DNA of 64,000 nt. It comes from Pseudobdellovibrionaceae bacterium (lineage in GTDB: Bacteria > Bdellovibrionota > Bdellovibrionia > Bdellovibrionales > Bdellovibrionaceae). The position numbers were made by a program, and so were the translations under genes. Of this stretch, positions 61,501 to 64,000 are shown piece after piece. Under the pieces are notes generated by a model. The model ran no database searches and was not told the origin of the DNA. It saw only the letters and a program-made list of their open reading frames with translations. How positions within the stretch are numbered: position 1 is the stretch's first letter; each line of letters opens with the position of its first letter. The DNA lies in contig JBIKLL010000008.1 in assembly GCA_044359815.1 (NCBI GenBank), forward strand, positions 1 through 64,000. The letters run 5' to 3'.

Positions 61501-64000
61501 CTATCACAACATCTGGAACACTGACATTGAACACTCCGGTACAAGCTGCGGGAACTGTGTTTGCAGCTCCTGTTGGTGGTGGTGCTCCGATTTTTAGAGC
61601 ACTGACTGCTGCTGATCTTCCAGCTATCACTTTAGCTGGTGATGTGGCTGGCCCTGTCGGAGCTACATTGATTCAACCAAACGCTGTGACGACTGGTAAA
61701 ATTGCTGACGGCAATGTGACTTATGCAAAAATCCAAAATATTTCAGGCAGCAGAATTTTAGGTCGCTATGATTTGGCTGCTGGAGCGGCTCAAGAAATTT
61801 CATTGGGCGCTGGTTTGAATCTGGATTCAGTTACAGGAGTGCTTTCAGCTTCGGGAACTGGTCTGCAAAGCCTTAATGGTTTGTCAGGTGCTACTCAGAC
61901 TTTTGCCACAGGAACTGTAGGAACTGATTTTGCGATCAGCTCTGCGGGCTCTGTACACACATTTAATTTACCAACGGCTTCTGCAACCAATCGTGGTGCT
62001 TTAAGCTCTGCTGATTGGACAACATTTAATAATAAAGTTACCAGCGTTTCTGGCTCAGGCATTGTCAATGTTACTGCAGGTACTACACCTGTTGTGTCAC
62101 TGAACGGCATTGCTGACGGAAGCATCCTGGCCAATACATCTGGTGGTTCAGCTGCTCCGACTGCAGCAACACTGACTGCGGGTGCTGGTGTTACAATTTC
62201 TAAATCTCCGGGCGCAATCACGATTGCTGCTACTGGCTTGTCACCACTGACTACCAAGGGTGATATCTATACTCACGACGGAACTGCAGCTGCCAGACAA
62301 GCAGTTGGTACTGACGGCCAATTGTTAGTTGCAAACTCTGCAACAGCTACTGGATTGGGATGGAGAAATTTAAATATTTCTGATGTTAAATCCTCTGTTG
62401 CTGGTAACTGGTTTGCGGCATCAGGCGCTTGCCCTGCTGGTCAAACACTGAGCTATTCTTCAGTTTCTGATTCAGTAACTTGCGCGGCTTTTACTGCCAC
62501 TGCATTTTCTGGAGTATTACCAATCGCCAATGGTGGTACAAACTCTAGCGCTGCATTGAACAACAACAGAATTATGGTATCCAGCGGTGGTTCAATTGTT
62601 GAAGCCCCTGCTCTGGCCAACGGTCAATTACTGATCGGATCAACTGGTGCTGCACCCGTTGCTGCAAACATCACTGCTGGCACTGGCGTTACAATTACAA
62701 ATGCTGCTGGCAGTATCACGATTGCTGCCACTGGTACTGGCATCCAATCACTAAATGGTGATGGAACTCCTATTCAAACTTTTGCTAACGGAACCGCAGG
62801 AACAGCTCCGGCATTTGCAACAGCTGGCGGAGTGCACACACTAAATATCCCAATGGCAACTACAGCCGGTGTGACTGCGGGATTAATTTCAAATGCTGAT
62901 TACGCAAATTTTAACAGCAAAGTTTCTAGTGTAACTGTCACAGCTCCAATCACAAACACAGGAACTGCAGCTGCACCCATTATTGGATTATCTGGTGACT
63001 TTGCAGCTATGGATATTACCAATATCGGATCTATCAGCATGAACTCTAACGAAAACATCAGATTGGGTAACTATGCTACTGATCCAACAGGTCTGACTGC
63101 TGCTGACAAAGGACGTACATGGTTTAACTCGACCACTAACCAAATCAAATACTGGGACGGATCAGCGGTTGTTGTCGTTGGTGTTTCAGGTGCTGGTTTA
63201 ACCAACCTAAATGGTTTGACAATTGGTTCACAAACTTTTGCAACAGGAACTGCAGGAACTGATTTTGCGATCAGCTCTGCTGGATCTGTGCACACATTCA
63301 ATTTACCAACAGCTTCTGCTGCTAATCGTGGCGCTTTAAGCTCTGCTGACTGGACTGCTTTCAACAATAAATTTGATGCTACGATCACAACACCTGCACT
63401 TAATCAGGTTGTTTACTACAACGGAACTCAGTGGGTGAATGGTTCTATTCCTGCAGCTGCATTACCAAATTTAGCTGGCGATGTGGCAGGTCCTATTGGC
63501 GCAACAGTGATTCAACCAAATGCTGTTACGACTGGAAAAATTGCTGATACCAATGTGACCTATGCAAAAATCCAAAATATTTCTGGCAGCAGAATTTTAG
63601 GCCGCTACAATGCTGCAGCTGGTGTGGCTCAAGAAATTTCTTTGGGTGCAGGTCTTAGCCTGGATTCAGGTACTGGAGTGCTTTCAGCTTCTGGCACTGG
63701 CATCCAAAGCTTGAATGGCGCTACTAACGCTACCCAATCTTTCGGCCCTGTGGGCACTGTGGGCGTTGCTCCAGCATTTTCTACTGACACTGGAACTGGA
63801 GTTCACACACTAAATGTTCCATTGGCTTCTACATTGGGTGTAACTGCTGGATTGATTTCAAACACTGACTACTTAAATTTTAGCGGCAAAGTTTCTAGCG
63901 TTGCAGCAGCTTCAAACAACACAGCATTTACGATCACTGGTGGACCAATCACTTCATCAGGAACATTGACATTGAACACTCCTCCACAAGCTGCAGGAAC
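58521..64000 (+). CDS. Giant mosaic phage-tail-fibre-like adhesin (Bdellovibrio MAT-type), 3'-truncated by the window edge
   Basis: ATG after AAGGGG, open to the window end (>1820 codons, so absent from the ORF track). Signal peptide; N-domain FHG.VTNPDG...CVLYTE...G.F.V.VG.G...RYLRV...IRSAPFA; fibre motifs VTVDSKGRVT, LAGYGITDA, AVTT.KIAD, LPIANGGT. Confidence 0.88.
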   Translation, partial: MFSNAILTVWTLTLLLTMPALAQFGSQGLVFHGVVTNPDGSAMTEPTSNFVIEIIGKSSLRGDGTPGADSCVLYTESQVGVPLNQGRFAVTVGDGTGVTFGTGVSKLEKLFVNPPTTLSGGTSHSMGAINCSSGQSAFQPDQPNSLRYLRVVINTPTASIDLLEMPIRSAPFAHQAKEIDGYDSMNIVKIGSSNNKTYRTMTGGHFNFLVDLFDGTSIDAQNRELKNISTTGTDPNAAANVNYVNTHPINPSQLPDVVTPGTVGTANSATQVTVDSKGRVTALVTTPIAIDSTQLISTPADNGKVLVSTGSTWTPQTLTGSMISGVVTSITGTTGITVTGGTTAAPSVGLTATGVTAGTYTQVTVDMFGRVTAASSPTSLAGYGITDAVQNAGGTPSIQSGTFAARPATATTGALYVSTDTGSIYSYNGGWTLIAAAANGIQTINGAGGLAHTIAITNAPGALAVNTLAGAHTINIPTANGATTGLLSSADWTTFNNKFDATITAPVANHVVFFNGTQWVNGPIPAAALPNLAGDVAGPIGATVIQPNAVTTLKIADSAVTTAKIADDAVTTVKIADNNVTFAKTQDIQSGKILGRTAAGPGDIQEMDLISGTGVTVTPGPTGFTINATATGLSNINNNEFLANTSGASNLPVGTTFTGFMDSAISNAPGSIIYRSGAGWVALPPGTNSQILSLTAGMPAWTNNSAVSAVTGSNGIASSGGATPDITMAPCPIDGQVRKYTLATGTWDCASSVGAETDPVFTSFATTPRTANLVYAGPTTGSAAASFRTLDINDIRSSIGGGTFLTGAACGAGQALTYDSVTDTISCNTISVAATAITGILPIANGGTNSGTALNNNRIMVSNGGAIVEAAALTDGQLLIGSTGAAPVAANLLAGPGVAIANGAGSITISATGTGIQSLNGDGTPIQTFANGTAGTAPAFATAAGVHTLNIPMAATAGVTAGLISNADYTNFNTKVTSVDAASTNTAFTITGGPITTSGTLTLNTPVQAAGTVFAAPVGGGAPIFRALTAADLPAITLAGDVAGPVGATLIQPNAVTTGKIADGNVTYAKIQNISGSRILGRYDLAAGAAQEISLGAGLNLDSVTGVLSASGTGLQSLNGLSGATQTFATGTVGTDFAISSAGSVHTFNLPTASATNRGALSSADWTTFNNKVTSVSGSGIVNVTAGTTPVVSLNGIADGSILANTSGGSAAPTAATLTAGAGVTISKSPGAITIAATGLSPLTTKGDIYTHDGTAAARQAVGTDGQLLVANSATATGLGWRNLNISDVKSSVAGNWFAASGACPAGQTLSYSSVSDSVTCAAFTATAFSGVLPIANGGTNSSAALNNNRIMVSSGGSIVEAPALANGQLLIGSTGAAPVAANITAGTGVTITNAAGSITIAATGTGIQSLNGDGTPIQTFANGTAGTAPAFATAGGVHTLNIPMATTAGVTAGLISNADYANFNSKVSSVTVTAPITNTGTAAAPIIGLSGDFAAMDITNIGSISMNSNENIRLGNYATDPTGLTAADKGRTWFNSTTNQIKYWDGSAVVVVGVSGAGLTNLNGLTIGSQTFATGTAGTDFAISSAGSVHTFNLPTASAANRGALSSADWTAFNNKFDATITTPALNQVVYYNGTQWVNGSIPAAALPNLAGDVAGPIGATVIQPNAVTTGKIADTNVTYAKIQNISGSRILGRYNAAAGVAQEISLGAGLSLDSGTGVLSASGTGIQSLNGATNATQSFGPVGTVGVAPAFSTDTGTGVHTLNVPLASTLGVTAGLISNTDYLNFSGKVSSVAAASNNTAFTITGGPITSSGTLTLNTPPQAAG

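Noticed and set aside
59614..63388. Short ORFs in the track within the last 5 kb
   Set aside because: They are antisense or off-frame shadows of the long open frame from 58521.
58521..64000. Prophage tail fibre gene
   Set aside because: It has a Sec-type signal peptide and a MAT-like N-domain, and no other phage genes are present.

Overview
This is a roughly 40% GC bacterial chromosome segment. Gene content points to a Bdellovibrionota (Bdellovibrio-like) predator: a Bd0367/DgcA-like Hypr-GGDEF, a giant MAT-type fibre adhesin and many orphan secreted proteins. Most genes are housekeeping or metabolic: trxB, trmB, leuS, speA/speB, an ATPase-less peptide ABC operon, dksA, hldD, an S41 protease, xth, hppD-hmgA-ribD (ribD frameshifted), a Pif1 helicase, a panG-panB-panC-coaBC-coaX-panD operon and a liu-type leucine catabolism operon. 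A fibre gene of more than 1800 codons starts at 58521, runs off the window end and is missing from the ORF track. The most unusual non-coding signal is a family of long intergenic foldback elements. A 408-bp nested palindrome at 32640-33047 has a near-identical inverted copy at the window start; both carry a conserved imperfectly paired GC-rich A/B motif pair but different apical stems. A third element at 51828-52009 has perfect 64-bp arms. Other leads are a divergent SelO-like AMPylase behind a sigma28-like promoter, a split PuuD/cytochrome c module and a cryptic NlpC/P60-like secreted protein. No tRNA, rRNA, CRISPR array or transposase was recognised. All calls come from reading motifs by eye, with no database searches.
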